Assembly (NCBI GenBank): GCA_045536245.1
Contig: JAZSNE010000001.1
Span: 36,789 to 100,788 of the forward strand
Direction of reading: 5' to 3'
Source of the DNA: Acutalibacteraceae bacterium
GTDB lineage: Bacteria > Bacillota > Clostridia > Oscillospirales > Acutalibacteraceae
Length of the DNA: 64,000 nucleotides
Positions within the stretch are counted from its first letter, which is position 1. The number at the start of each line of letters is the position of its first letter. Position numbers and translations under genes: made by a program. Under the pieces are notes generated by a model. That model made no database searches and was not told the origin of the DNA. It saw only the letters and a program-made list of their open reading frames with translations. Positions 20,613 to 29,948 of this stretch are shown here, piece by piece.

Positions 20613-23021
20613 TTATTGCGCAATCGTGGGGCGTTTGCCGCTTTCGCTGACGGGAATACGGCTTTTTTCATTTTTCTCAACCTGAGCTTTTTCAAGTGCA
20701 ATGTCCCACACTGCGCTGACCGTCTTAACAGGCATAAAGGTTATTGCCTCTTTAACCTTGGGGTCAACCTCATCAAGGTCCGCAATGTTATCATAAGGAA
20801 TAATAACCGTTTTGATGCCCGCCCTGTAAGCTGCCATTGATTTTTCTTTAAGACCGCCGATGGGAAGCACTCTGCCTCGCAGCGTGATTTCACCGGTCAT
20901 TGCAACGTCCTTACGAACCTTTCTGCCCGAAAGAGCTGAAACAAGAGCCGTTGCAATTGTTACGCCTGCCGAAGGGCCGTCCTTGGGTGTTGCGCCCTCG
21001 GGAACGTGAACGTGGATATCTTTATCTTTATAGAAGCTAGCGCTGACAGGGAGCTCATCTGCCTTTGAACGGATATAGCTGACTGCCGCCTTTGCGCTCT
21101 CCTGCATAACGTCGCCGAGTGAGCCTGTGAGCTCCAGCTTACCGCTGCCGTCAAGCACCGCCGCCTCAATCTCAAGCATATCGCCACCTACGGCTGTCCA
21201 GGCAAGACCGTTGACAACGCCAACCTCGTTTTCTTTGACGATTGAATCGTTTTTGAATTTGCGTGAGCCGAGAAGATTTTCAACGTCCTCGGGCTTTACG
21301 GAAACCTTTTCTGCTCCGTTCTCAATAATCTGCATTGCCGCTTTTCTGCAAACTGCAGCTATCTGCTGCTCAAGCGCACGCACGCCTGCTTCACGGGTAT
21401 AGCCTTCGATTATGAGGCGAAGTGCCTTATCTGAAATCTTAAGCTGTTTTGCAGTCATTCCGTGGCGTTTAATCTGCTTGGGTAGAAGATGCTTTTTGGC
21501 AATGTTGAACTTTTCTTCAAAAGTGTAGCTGCCAAGCTCAATGATTTCCATTCTGTCCTGAAGCGGCTCGGGAATGTTTGCCCTGACGTTTGCGGTTGTG
21601 ATAAACATTACCCTGCTCAGGTCATATGGCATTTCAATATAGTGATCTCTGAAAGTTGCGTTCTGCTCGGGATCAAGCACTTCAAGCAGAGCCGAGGTCG
21701 GGTCGCCCTTATAATCAGACGAGAGCTTATCAACCTCATCAAGCAGTATAAGCGGGTTGTTTGTGCCTGCCTGCTGCATAGCGTTGATAATTCTGCCGGG
21801 CATTGAGCCGATATATGTTTTTCTGTGGCCTCTGATTTCTGCTTCGTCTTTAACACCGCCGAGCGAAATGCGGGCGTAATTTCTGCCTGTTGCTCTTGCA
21901 ACAGAGCGTGCAACCGAGGTTTTACCCACACCGGGAGGACCCACAAGGCAGATTATCTGACCCTTGATATCGGGAGCAAGAGCTCTGACGGCAAGGTATT
22001 CAAGAATTCTCTGCTTGACCTTTTCAAGGCCGTAATGGTCATCATCAAGCATCTTTCGGGACTTTTTGATATCAGCATTTTCTTTGCTGAAATTATTCCA
22101 CGGCAGAGCAAGGCAGGCCTCAATATAATTTCTGCTGACCGCCGCTTCGGGTGACGAGGGTGAATATTTCTCAAGCTTATCGCATTCCTTGAAAAGCTTT
22201 TCTTTTATTTCATCAGCCGCTTTCAGATGAAAAATCTTTTCTCTGAATTCGCTGAGCTCCTCTTCGTGAGAAACACCGCCGCCAAGCTCGGTGGAAATAA
22301 CCTTCATCTGCTCACGCAGATAGTATTCTCGCTGGTTTTTATCAATTGCCTCCTGCACCTTGTCGCCGATTTCAGCTTCAATTGAAAGCAGGTTGCCTTC
22401 ACTTGCAAGCAAAATGCAAAGCTCTTCAAGACGCTTGATGGGGTTTATGACGTCAAGAATGCTCTGCCTGTCCTCATATTCAAGCATAATGTTGCCTGCA
22501 ACGTAATCAGCAAGTTTGCCGGGATCTGTTTCCTGCATAACGCTTGTTACAAGGTCGGCAGGCATCTGAGGAGCGCAGTCTGCATAATCTGCAAAAACAT
22601 CCTTTGCGTGGCGAACAAGTGCCTTGGCATAATCTGCCTTATCGCCTCTCACTGACGGCTCTTTGATTGGGAATATCATAGCCTTGAGGTGGCTGCCGTT
22701 TGACGCAAGCATACCTTCAACAAGCCTTGCTCTGTAAAGTCCCTCAACGGCAACTCTGACGTTTCCGTTTTTGCCGGGAAGTTTGAGAACCTGTTTGACG
22801 CTTGCAACAACGCCGATTTCATAAAGCTCATTGAAACCGGGGTCATCAACGCTGATATCCTTCTGCGTAACGAGGAAGATTTCCTGGTCGGTATCCATCG
22901 CTTTTTTAAGCGCATTGATTGATTTTTCTCTGCCCACATCAAAGTGAATGAACATATCAGGGAAAACAACAAGTCCCCTGAGAGCCACCGCAGGCATAAG
23001 TCTTAAGCTTTCTTCTTTCAT
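20613..23021 (-). CDS. lon: ATP-dependent Lon protease
   Basis: LON N domain, [21 protein letters not shown] (catalytic Ser), IGGLKEK. Confidence 0.99.
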   Translation of the reverse strand: MKEESLRLMPAVALRGLVVFPDMFIHFDVGREKSINALKKAMDTDQEIFLVTQKDISVDDPGFNELYEIGVVASVKQVLKLPGKNGNVRVAVEGLYRARLVEGMLASNGSHLKAMIFPIKEPSVRGDKADYAKALVRHAKDVFADYADCAPQMPADLVTSVMQETDPGKLADYVAGNIMLEYEDRQSILDVINPIKRLEELCILLASEGNLLSIEAEIGDKVQEAIDKNQREYYLREQMKVISTELGGGVSHEEELSEFREKIFHLKAADEIKEKLFKECDKLEKYSPSSPEAAVSRNYIEACLALPWNNFSKENADIKKSRKMLDDDHYGLEKVKQRILEYLAVRALAPDIKGQIICLVGPPGVGKTSVARSVARATGRNYARISLGGVKDEAEIRGHRKTYIGSMPGRIINAMQQAGTNNPLILLDEVDKLSSDYKGDPTSALLEVLDPEQNATFRDHYIEMPYDLSRVMFITTANVRANIPEPLQDRMEIIELGSYTFEEKFNIAKKHLLPKQIKRHGMTAKQLKISDKALRLIIEGYTREAGVRALEQQIAAVCRKAAMQIIENGAEKVSVKPEDVENLLGSRKFKNDSIVKENEVGVVNGLAWTAVGGDMLEIEAAVLDGSGKLELTGSLGDVMQESAKAAVSYIRSKADELPVSASFYKDKDIHVHVPEGATPKDGPSAGVTIATALVSALSGRKVRKDVAMTGEITLRGRVLPIGGLKEKSMAAYRAGIKTVIIPYDNIADLDEVDPKVKEAITFMPVKTVSAVWDIALEKAQVEKNEKSRIPVSESGKRPTIAQ

Positions 23022-23081
23022 ATGTGTAAAACTCCTTAAAAATAGAGATAGTTATTAAAATAAACATTTAGTTAGTTTAAT

Positions 23082-23110
23082 ATTATATAATATTATATAC
23101 AAGCCGTCAA
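23082..23110 (-). promoter_or_regulatory. Sigma-A promoter of lon operon
   Basis: TTGACG-17-TATAAT. Confidence 0.7.
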
Positions 23111-23262
23111 CTGTAATAAATGCAGAAAAAGTTATGAAAATGCAAACTTAATGTTAACAAAGGGCATAAAACAGCCTGCTCATATCGGTTTGTTTAAGGT
23201 AAAGTGCCAAAAAAACAGCTGCCCTGCTCTGAACAACGATGCTTCGGTTTTTAAACAAAAAA

Positions 23263-23286
23263 GCTGCTCCGCAAAAGCGAAGCAGC
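23263..23286 (-). terminator. Terminator downstream of the 126-aa gene
   Basis: GCTGCT-CCGC-aaaa-GCG-AAGCAGC hairpin preceded by an A-run. Confidence 0.6.
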
Positions 23287-23306
23287 CTGATGCTTTTATT
23301 ATATTA

Positions 23307-23687
23307 TTATTTAAGCCTTGAAATAAGCTGGCAGGCAACGTAGATATTCTGAATCTTTTTTGCCTGTGCGCCTGTGGGTGTTAAAGTGATGGGCTGAGTT
23401 TCTGACGGAGTAACGTAAAGCTTGAAGGCTATTGCATCCTGACCCACACGCATATCCTTGACTTCTTTGTATTCATAATCTCTCTCTTCAACATTGAGAT
23501 ACTTAAACACAATATCCTCAAGGTTGCGGCCTGTGAATACCTTGATAACGTCGTCCTCATCGTGCATATCAACTATAGCCTTTGCCTCTTCAAATGTAAG
23601 GCTTGTGCATTTGAATTCACCGTCATTGAGAATTGTCATAACATTCTGGTTGTCTACCAAAAGAAGAGGAAGCTGAGTTCTTGCCAT
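23307..23687 (-). CDS. 126-aa protein resembling DUF1874 (STIV B116 / YddF / AcrIII-1) family, catalytic His absent
   Basis: GEFKCTSLTFEEAKAIV, VFTGR, LNV, MRVGQDAIAFKLY and C-terminal LISRL parallel the family pattern as recalled from memory; RBS AAGGGTG before ATG 23687. Confidence 0.55.
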   Translation of the reverse strand: MARTQLPLLLVDNQNVMTILNDGEFKCTSLTFEEAKAIVDMHDEDDVIKVFTGRNLEDIVFKYLNVEERDYEYKEVKDMRVGQDAIAFKLYVTPSETQPITLTPTGAQAKKIQNIYVACQLISRLK

Positions 23688-23756
23688 AAAAATCACCCTT
23701 TTCTGTTAAATTTTAATGAAAAGTATTCACAATTATGCCTTTTCATTGTTTATTTT

Positions 23757-23785
23757 ATAATATAATATGATTTCAATTTTGTCAA
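23757..23785 (-). promoter_or_regulatory. Sigma-A promoter of the 126-aa gene
   Basis: TTGACA-17-TATTAT. Confidence 0.7.
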
Positions 23786-23855
23786 TATGCCAACAAAATT
23801 TTTCTGAAAAAGTGAAAAATCGCCTCGCAGATTTTGCTCCGCAAGGCGATTTCGT

Positions 23856-26585
23856 TTATTTTCTGTTAAGCCTGATTACCGTCACAGAATATGCCGGAAC
23901 AGTGTAATTGAACTTATCTCCGAAGCCGTTGACGGTGAATTCCTCAATCTTACAGTCCTCGGGTTGGCCGAGAATGTTATCGTTTGCAAGGCTGTCACCT
24001 GCCACCTGAGAAACCTTTGCACTTGAAGCAACGCCGGCATTTTCAACGTTGACGGCAAGAGTTTTTGATGAACCCGTGACGTTAACGATTTTGACGATGA
24101 TATCGCCGTTTTCGTCTGTGCTGACAACGTGGTAAGCTTCTGCCTCCGCCTTTGAAGCGGTGTCAAAATCAACGTAAAGCTCGCCGTCAATCCAGCATTT
24201 CACCTTTGTGCCGCTGACCTCAACCTTAAGCTGATAGGTTTTGCCCTCAACAGCGGTAAAAGGTCTGACCGTTCCGATAATCTGATTTGATTTTATGCCG
24301 TTTTCAACCTGCTGCAGACAGGAAACGGTGTTATCCCAGCCGCCGATATTCCAGAACCAGCAATTATCGTGGTCTTTAACCGCAAAGGGAATAATGAAAC
24401 CCTCGTTGCCGCTTACTTTTTTGGCATCAACGGTGTAAGTGTAATCCGTCCATTCGTCAAAACCCGTGTAAGCAACCGAGCCTGTGAGGCTGTAAGGCAT
24501 ATTTGTTGCGTCGTTTGTGAGCACTCCGTTTTTGGCAGTTATCTTACCGTCGTTTGCCTTGTTCCAGTTCCACGCAAGGGTGTTTATGGCAAAATTATCG
24601 CTGTAAAGAGTTTCGCCTGTTTTGTTATCCGTTACAAGCACGTTATCAAATTCCGCAACGGTATACCACGCACCCACGCCGACTCTGCCGCTTAAATCCT
24701 TTTGCTCAACCTGCGCACCGTTAAGCTTTGATTCAAGCAGAGCTTTGCCAGTGTTGGTTGAAAAGAGCTTTTGCACATAGTAGCTGATTGAGCCTGTGAC
24801 CTGATGGTTATTGAACCATATGAGGTCGGGTGACCAGTGGGTTGCCGTAAGATTGCCGAAAAGCGGAGCATAGGCCGCCATTCTGACAATATCACCGTTA
24901 CGCTCAAGACCCGTCATATATGCCGCCTCAGCAAGCGCCGCCTTAAGGGTATTTGACCTTGCGGCGTATTCGCCGAGGAACACCTTAAGTCCGCCGCCGT
25001 AGATTGAATCGGTCATACCGTCAACGTCACGGCTGTAATTGGCGTGGTCATAATAGTCTGCATTTTTAAGGAACCATTCGGGTTCGTTATAATAATGCTG
25101 GTCAGTTGCACCTGCAAAATCGCTTGCGTTGCCGCTGCCTATCTGTTCCTTAGCATATTCGTATGACGGCAGATAATTTGCGCCGTGAGTTGCATCAAAA
25201 GCACCCGAAGAATAAATCAGTTCAATACCCTCATAAAGTTCGGGGCTCTCTGCCTTTGCGGCATTGAAGGTATCAAGGAAAGCCTGATAACGTTCAAAAT
25301 AAACCTGACCCTCATTCTCGTTACCGATGCAGATATAGGGCAACTCAAACGGTTCTTCGTGGCCGAGTGCCGCTCTCACCTTGCCCCACTTTGTATCTGC
25401 TCCGCCTCTGCAGAATTCAACAAGGTCAAGCATATCCTGCAGGTATTGCTCAAATTCGGGGGTATACATATCGACGGGTCCCCTGCCTCTCATCTGGCAG
25501 TAAAGGCCGCAGTTGATAACGGGCACGCCGACTGCGCCGAGGTCTTCGGCAAGCTGAAAATACTCAAAGAAGCCAAGACCGTAGCTCATAAAGCTCGGGT
25601 ACGGATCTTCTGCCATTGAAAGGTTTGTCCAGAGGTTTGTGCCTTGTTTTCTTGCGGCAACGTCGCCGTAAGTGCCGCCGAATTCAAGCGGTTCGCCGTT
25701 TCTGCCAACACCGATTGAATCCTTCCAATTGTATGCGGTTTCGGCATCATACCCCTCAATTATGCAGCCGCCCGGAAAACGCAGAAACTTGGGTTCAAGA
25801 GCCTCGAGCATTTCGCCCAAATCCTTACGCATACCGTTTTTGCGGTTTTTGAAGGTGTGCTCGGGGAACATTGAAACCATATCAAACGCTGCCGAACCGC
25901 TGTCAATCAGAACAGCAAGCGTAACGCCGCTGTGTGCTGTTTGCGAAGCTTTAACCGTAAGCTCATATTTCTGCCACTCGCCCGAAACAGAAGCAATTTC
26001 GCCCTGACCGAGCACAGCGTCACCGCAGAGGATTCTTACGCTGACCTTGCCGTTATAGCCGTCAAGACCTTTTGCATAGAAAGAAACGTTATAGTTTTCC
26101 CCTGCTTCAACGGCAATGCCGTCAAGAAAGCCCCTGTTTTGCGCTCCGCCGAAAACAGAGCCCGTATTATTGATTACAAGGTAATTGGGGTTGTTTTCGT
26201 TAAGCTTATCGGCTGCGTTTTTGGCAACGGAAAGTTCTGCGCCGTTCACGCTGCTCCAGCCGTGGAGCTCATCGCCGCTTGCAATCTGCGTAAATTCAAA
26301 AGAACGGTTAACGATTTTTTCGGCATAAAGTCCGCCGTCTGCCGCAAAGTTGATATCCTCAAAGAAAATGCCGAACAGCAAATCGCTGATATCATAAAGC
26401 TCATTGCCTGCATCAACGTCAAGAGTATAGTCCGCCGCCAAAACGTCATAAGCTGCAACGGTGTTTGCCTCAGGCGTTTTTACAGGCGGCTCGGGTGACG
26501 GAAAAATCAAGCCGGACAGCGCCGTAAAAGCCGAAACTATTGCAGCAAAAATCTTTCTGATAAATGTAACCAGAGTATATTTCAT
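23856..26585 (-). CDS. GH51 alpha-L-arabinofuranosidase with inserted lectin-like beta-sandwich domain
   Basis: FFEDINFAADGGLYAE, LRFPGGC, IGNENEG, FLGEYAA, GLERNGDIVRMAAYAPL, C-terminal PAYSVTVIRL; start set to MKYTLV. Confidence 0.9.
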   Translation of the reverse strand: MKYTLVTFIRKIFAAIVSAFTALSGLIFPSPEPPVKTPEANTVAAYDVLAADYTLDVDAGNELYDISDLLFGIFFEDINFAADGGLYAEKIVNRSFEFTQIASGDELHGWSSVNGAELSVAKNAADKLNENNPNYLVINNTGSVFGGAQNRGFLDGIAVEAGENYNVSFYAKGLDGYNGKVSVRILCGDAVLGQGEIASVSGEWQKYELTVKASQTAHSGVTLAVLIDSGSAAFDMVSMFPEHTFKNRKNGMRKDLGEMLEALEPKFLRFPGGCIIEGYDAETAYNWKDSIGVGRNGEPLEFGGTYGDVAARKQGTNLWTNLSMAEDPYPSFMSYGLGFFEYFQLAEDLGAVGVPVINCGLYCQMRGRGPVDMYTPEFEQYLQDMLDLVEFCRGGADTKWGKVRAALGHEEPFELPYICIGNENEGQVYFERYQAFLDTFNAAKAESPELYEGIELIYSSGAFDATHGANYLPSYEYAKEQIGSGNASDFAGATDQHYYNEPEWFLKNADYYDHANYSRDVDGMTDSIYGGGLKVFLGEYAARSNTLKAALAEAAYMTGLERNGDIVRMAAYAPLFGNLTATHWSPDLIWFNNHQVTGSISYYVQKLFSTNTGKALLESKLNGAQVEQKDLSGRVGVGAWYTVAEFDNVLVTDNKTGETLYSDNFAINTLAWNWNKANDGKITAKNGVLTNDATNMPYSLTGSVAYTGFDEWTDYTYTVDAKKVSGNEGFIIPFAVKDHDNCWFWNIGGWDNTVSCLQQVENGIKSNQIIGTVRPFTAVEGKTYQLKVEVSGTKVKCWIDGELYVDFDTASKAEAEAYHVVSTDENGDIIVKIVNVTGSSKTLAVNVENAGVASSAKVSQVAGDSLANDNILGQPEDCKIEEFTVNGFGDKFNYTVPAYSVTVIRLNRK

Positions 26586-26641
26586 TTGTTTTCTCCCGTG
26601 TTTCAATTAAGGGACCGCCTTGTGACAGTCCCTTGGTAATA

Positions 26642-27232
26642 TTATACGTTCAACGCAATATCTTTCAGAATCTTGGTGCATTCATCAATGCCGATAAACG
26701 AGCTGTCAAGACAGATATGGTAATTGCGGCTGTCGCCCCACTTCATATCCGTATAATGCTGATAATACGCCATTCTGCGTTTATCCTTATCCTGAACACG
26801 CTTTATAGGCGTGTCATCCTTTTCGCCGTATACCTCAACAACTCTTTTGGCTCTCGCCTCAATGTTACCGCGGATAAAAACGTTCATCACGTCATCTCTG
26901 TCACGCAGAATATAGTCCGCACATCTGCCAACGATAACGCACGGGCCTTTTTCAGCAAGCTCTTTTATGATCTTGCACTGCAGAATCCAGATTTTATCCT
27001 CGTTGGTCGGGCCTGTATAAAGAGTTCTGTTTGTGAACAGGCTCATAATAAGGCTCGGGTGAGTGTATTCTCCCTTTTCTTTGATATATTCTTCTGCAAA
27101 GCCGCTTTCTGCAGCAACCTTTTCAATAATCTCGCTGTCATAGCAGGGAACGCCGAGCTCTTCGGCAAGGTGCTTGCCGATTGTTCTGCCGCCGCTGCCA
27201 AACTCACGGCTGATGGTGATTATTCTTTTCAT
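26642..27232 (-). CDS. Cytidylate kinase-like family protein
   Basis: ITISREFGSGGRTIG, CVIVGRCADYIL, YHICLDSS. Confidence 0.88.
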   Translation of the reverse strand: MKRIITISREFGSGGRTIGKHLAEELGVPCYDSEIIEKVAAESGFAEEYIKEKGEYTHPSLIMSLFTNRTLYTGPTNEDKIWILQCKIIKELAEKGPCVIVGRCADYILRDRDDVMNVFIRGNIEARAKRVVEVYGEKDDTPIKRVQDKDKRRMAYYQHYTDMKWGDSRNYHICLDSSFIGIDECTKILKDIALNV

Positions 27233-27272
27233 AGTGTTTCTCCTTTCAGTCGCAACAGTATTGTCAGATTAT

Positions 27273-28526
27273 TTATAAATGTTCCTGAACGTTTTTGGCG
27301 TAATGTCCCGAATCCTGAAAGCCGTTTTCGGTGCGGATACATTCGCCCCATTTGCGTGCAATTTCTTCGTAGCTGTCGGTTTCGATTTTTGCCCTTTCAA
27401 AACCGTCCTTACTGCCTCTGATGCACCAATCGCTTGACCACATTCCGTGACCAGTTGCTTTGTATGTCCAGAGGAACCAGCTGTAACCGAGAGCGTCAAG
27501 GGTATTGAAGCAATTCTCCCACGTTGTTTTCTGATGAGGGTAGAATTCACCCATCATCATGGGAACGTTGCAGAAAATAAGCTGAGTAAAGAAAGCAAAA
27601 AGATTAAAAATAAAGTTCGAGTTGTTATAAAAATGAACCTGATAAACAACGTTTTTCCAGCCTTTAAAAGCTGCGTTGGGCAGAGCGATAGCTGTCCAGA
27701 TGCACTCCATTGTTATGATATGGTCTGCATCGGCTTCTCTGACAACGTCATAAAGGCGTGTATAAATAAACTCATTGTTTTTTCTTCTTTGGAGTTCGTT
27801 TGTGGGCACGTCGCACATCGGTTCATTGAGAAGGTCATACATAGCAACCGCAGGGTTACCTTTGAATCGGGTTGCTATTTCACGCCAGAGTTCATCAGTC
27901 AGTTCACGGTATCTTTCGCCCTGCTCCGAATCGTCATAAAGACCGCAGGAACCTTTTTTGCCGCTGTGCGGAGCATCGCTCTGATAACCGACTGCGCCGT
28001 GCATATCAAGCACAACGTAGAGCCTGCGTTTTGAGCATTCTTCAACAACCCATTCAAGACGGCTGAAATCCCAGCTGCCGTTTTCATCAAGAATCTTTCT
28101 GCCGTTATCGTCATAATAAAAATTGCGGAACCAGAACGGAACACGGACACTGTTAAAGCCCATAGCCTTGATATCGTCAAGGTCTTTTTCGGTTATCCAG
28201 TTATCCATATAGGTGTTAAAAAGTTCATATGCCTTTTCTTCGCCGAAACGGTTTGTGAGCTTTGTGAGAACGTCATAATGGTCGGTTGCTTCTTCATAGG
28301 GGCAGAGCCAATCCTCCCATATCATCCAGCTGCCGAGGTTAACGCCTTTGAGCCTGACCTCCTCACCTTTGCGATTAACGATTTTTCTGCCCTTTGTTGT
28401 GAGAAAATCATCAGCTGTGAAGCCTTCCTGCAGCTGTGCTTCGGCAGAGGAAACCATTGAAAAACCAAAGGTTGAAAACACGGTTGCTGCCACAAGCATA
28501 ACCGAAACAAATTTTTTGATATTCAT
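27273..28526 (-). CDS. Secreted GH5 glycoside hydrolase
   Basis: Classical signal peptide (..SSAEA), GVNLGSW, NSVRVP, LDMHG, YDLLNEP, VHFY, MGEF. Confidence 0.9.
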   Translation of the reverse strand: MNIKKFVSVMLVAATVFSTFGFSMVSSAEAQLQEGFTADDFLTTKGRKIVNRKGEEVRLKGVNLGSWMIWEDWLCPYEEATDHYDVLTKLTNRFGEEKAYELFNTYMDNWITEKDLDDIKAMGFNSVRVPFWFRNFYYDDNGRKILDENGSWDFSRLEWVVEECSKRRLYVVLDMHGAVGYQSDAPHSGKKGSCGLYDDSEQGERYRELTDELWREIATRFKGNPAVAMYDLLNEPMCDVPTNELQRRKNNEFIYTRLYDVVREADADHIITMECIWTAIALPNAAFKGWKNVVYQVHFYNNSNFIFNLFAFFTQLIFCNVPMMMGEFYPHQKTTWENCFNTLDALGYSWFLWTYKATGHGMWSSDWCIRGSKDGFERAKIETDSYEEIARKWGECIRTENGFQDSGHYAKNVQEHL

Positions 28527-28559
28527 TTCAACACATCTCCTTTTTGGATTCGCATAACG

Positions 28560-29933
28560 TTAAAAATTTTCAACCGCATCCCAATCGGCTACCTTGCCCG
28601 TTTTTGCCCAGAGAAGCTCCGCTTCTTTTGCCCAGGCTTCATAGCCGGCAGGCGTTTCGGGATATTTTTCATAATGCGCAGTAAGCTTGCCGCTTGTCAC
28701 GATTGCGTTGATTACGGCTTTCAGCTCGGCAGGCTTTATGTTGCCCGTCACAAGACCGACAACAACAAAAATCAGCGTTTTGGCGTAATCGGCAAAGCTG
28801 AGCTGAATGCCGTTGCCCATACTGCTGAGCAGCTTACAGCTGAAAATAACGTCTTTTTTGAAAAGATATTCGTTTGCCTTTGCGCTGTGGCGCACGATTG
28901 AACCGAGAAGCGCCATAAGGCTTGCAAACTCTTTACCCTGGGTATCGTTATATCTCTTATTGATGCTCCAGAGAGCCGCTCTTGTGGGGTATGCTCCGTT
29001 TGCCATAACCTGCGAAGCAACGTCAACGGCAATATCGCTCAGCGCAAGCGCAGAGGTGCAGCCCTCGCCGCAGTTGGGTTTTGTGAGGCAAGCGGCATCA
29101 CCCATGGCAATAAAGCCGTCTGAAACAAACGAATACGGCGCTCTGTGATAGGGGGTTATGCCCTTTTCAATTTTTGTTACCCTGTGAGCAGGGAGCCTGA
29201 CTGTTTTTTCAAACAGCTTATACACCTTTTCGGCAACGTCAAAGCCGCCGCAGGCGCCGATACCGATAAGAGCATCGCTGCCGCCGCTCGGAGCGAGCCA
29301 CGATTTGAAATAGAGCCAGAAATCGGAGCGGAGATAGCGGCTGTTTCTTTTTTCTTCAAAATCAATATATCGAAGTATTACATAGAATATGTCATCGGGT
29401 TTAAGCTCGAATTTTTCAATACCGTAGCCGTCGGGCAAACTGCGTCTGACAACGGCAGGGATACCCGAGCAGTCGGCAACCAGGCGGCAGTTGACGGTGA
29501 TTTCCGCACCGTCTTTTTCATAGACAACGCCGTTGATTTTGCCGTTTGCATCATATGTAAGCTTTTTGAACGAGGCTTCGTATTCGAGCACTGCGCCTGC
29601 CTGAGCCGCCCAATCGTTCATCAGCACGCAGTATTTATGCTTATGCATACCGACAACGGCAAGCTTTGAAGGTTTGGGGTGGTTACCGTAAACAGAGCAG
29701 ATTGCCGAATCCTCAAACGTGAATTCATATATGCCGTCGCCCTCTTTTACCTCGGGCAAACCGAACTGCTTCATTTCGTCCTTGCCCATATGGAAGATAT
29801 CGTATGAGGGGCTGAGTTTATCTCTGCTGTCCTTATCAATAAGCAAAACGGAAAAACCTTTTTCCGCCATTCTTCTTGCAAAATAGCTGCCTGCAGTTGA
29901 AGCACCTACTATTACAACATCATAATTTTTCAT
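28560..29933 (-). CDS. FAD-dependent oxidoreductase, geranylgeranyl reductase/FixC-like
   Basis: DVVIVGASTAG dinucleotide fold, VADCSG, MGDAACLTKPNCGEGC. Confidence 0.8.
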   Translation of the reverse strand: MKNYDVVIVGASTAGSYFARRMAEKGFSVLLIDKDSRDKLSPSYDIFHMGKDEMKQFGLPEVKEGDGIYEFTFEDSAICSVYGNHPKPSKLAVVGMHKHKYCVLMNDWAAQAGAVLEYEASFKKLTYDANGKINGVVYEKDGAEITVNCRLVADCSGIPAVVRRSLPDGYGIEKFELKPDDIFYVILRYIDFEEKRNSRYLRSDFWLYFKSWLAPSGGSDALIGIGACGGFDVAEKVYKLFEKTVRLPAHRVTKIEKGITPYHRAPYSFVSDGFIAMGDAACLTKPNCGEGCTSALALSDIAVDVASQVMANGAYPTRAALWSINKRYNDTQGKEFASLMALLGSIVRHSAKANEYLFKKDVIFSCKLLSSMGNGIQLSFADYAKTLIFVVVGLVTGNIKPAELKAVINAIVTSGKLTAHYEKYPETPAGYEAWAKEAELLWAKTGKVADWDAVENF

Positions 29934-29948
29934 TTTTTCACCCCATAA

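Noticed and set aside
26633-27421. 262-aa plus-strand ORF
   Set aside because: Antisense to the CMK-like and GH5 genes; no protein-like features.
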